DNA of 64,000 nt, from NCBI RefSeq assembly GCF_963921235.1, contig NC_086109.1, positions 33,854,001 through 33,918,000 of the forward strand. The letters run 5' to 3'. The notes under the pieces were generated by a model. It made no database searches, had not been told where the DNA came from, and saw only the letters and a list, made by a program, of their open reading frames with translations. This DNA comes from Mobula hypostoma. Taxonomy: Eukaryota. The translations under genes and the position numbers were made by a program. Below, piece after piece: positions 63,701 through 64,000 of this stretch (its first letter is position 1; each line of letters opens with the position of its first letter).

Positions 63701-64000
63701 GTGGGGGAGGAGGTGAAGTGAGACGCTGGAATGTAATGGGGAGGGAGACGGTTGGGGGAGGAGGTGAAGTCAGACGCTGGAAGGTGATAGGGGGAGGGAC
63801 ACGGATGGGGAGGAGGTGAAGTGAGACGCTGGAATGTCATAGGGGAGGGAGACCGTGGGAGAGGAGGTGAACTGAGACGCTGGAAGGTGATAGGGGGAGG
63901 GAGACGGGTGGGGGAGGAGGTGAAGTGAGACGCTGGAAGGTGATAGAGTGAGGGAGACGGGTGGGGTAGGAGGTGAAGTGAGATGCTGCAAGGTGATAGG
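36777..64000 (+). repeat. Giant G-rich tandem array (minisatellite/satellite), 53-bp consensus GCTGGAAGGTGATAGGGGGAGGGAGACGGGTGGGGGAGGAGGTGAAGTGAGAC, roughly 515-520 units, continuing beyond the window
   Basis: Directly visible head-to-tail repeats (e.g. AAGGTGA at 44701 and 44754); unit length 51-54 bp through G-run variation; single orientation throughout. Confidence 0.98.

Noticed and set aside
36539..63991. Very long Pro/Ser/His-rich ORFs (up to 1988 aa) as mucin- or extensin-like genes
   Set aside because: They overlap in all three minus frames, the unit is not a multiple of 3, indels are frequent, and there is no signal peptide or unique domain. The stop-free repeat strand explains them.
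36777..64000. CRISPR array
   Set aside because: There are no unique spacers (whole units repeat head to tail), no cas genes, and the context is vertebrate.

Overview
Non-coding eukaryotic DNA with no recognisable host gene. The repeat families (HE1/V-SINE-like SINEs, esterase-bearing CR1 LINEs, Rex1/Babar LINEs) suggest a cartilaginous fish, probably a ray; this is an inference. Bases 1-36.8 kb are a graveyard of nested retrotransposons: CR1, Rex1/Babar, L1, RTE-derived short elements, tRNA-derived SINEs, hAT and Tc1-like MITEs, and about 9 short Penelope-like fragments, most carrying a minimal hammerhead ribozyme motif. Many have readable target-site duplications (TSDs). From about 36,777 to the window end is one uninterrupted, roughly 27-kb G-rich tandem array of a 53-bp unit (roughly 515-520 copies). 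It grows directly out of a hammerhead-bearing Penelope-like fragment, its consensus unit carries a canonical G-quadruplex motif, and it shows kilobase-scale higher-order duplications. The huge Pro/Ser/His-rich ORFs in the ORF track are artefacts of the stop-free C-rich strand of this array. All alignments and counts were made by eye.
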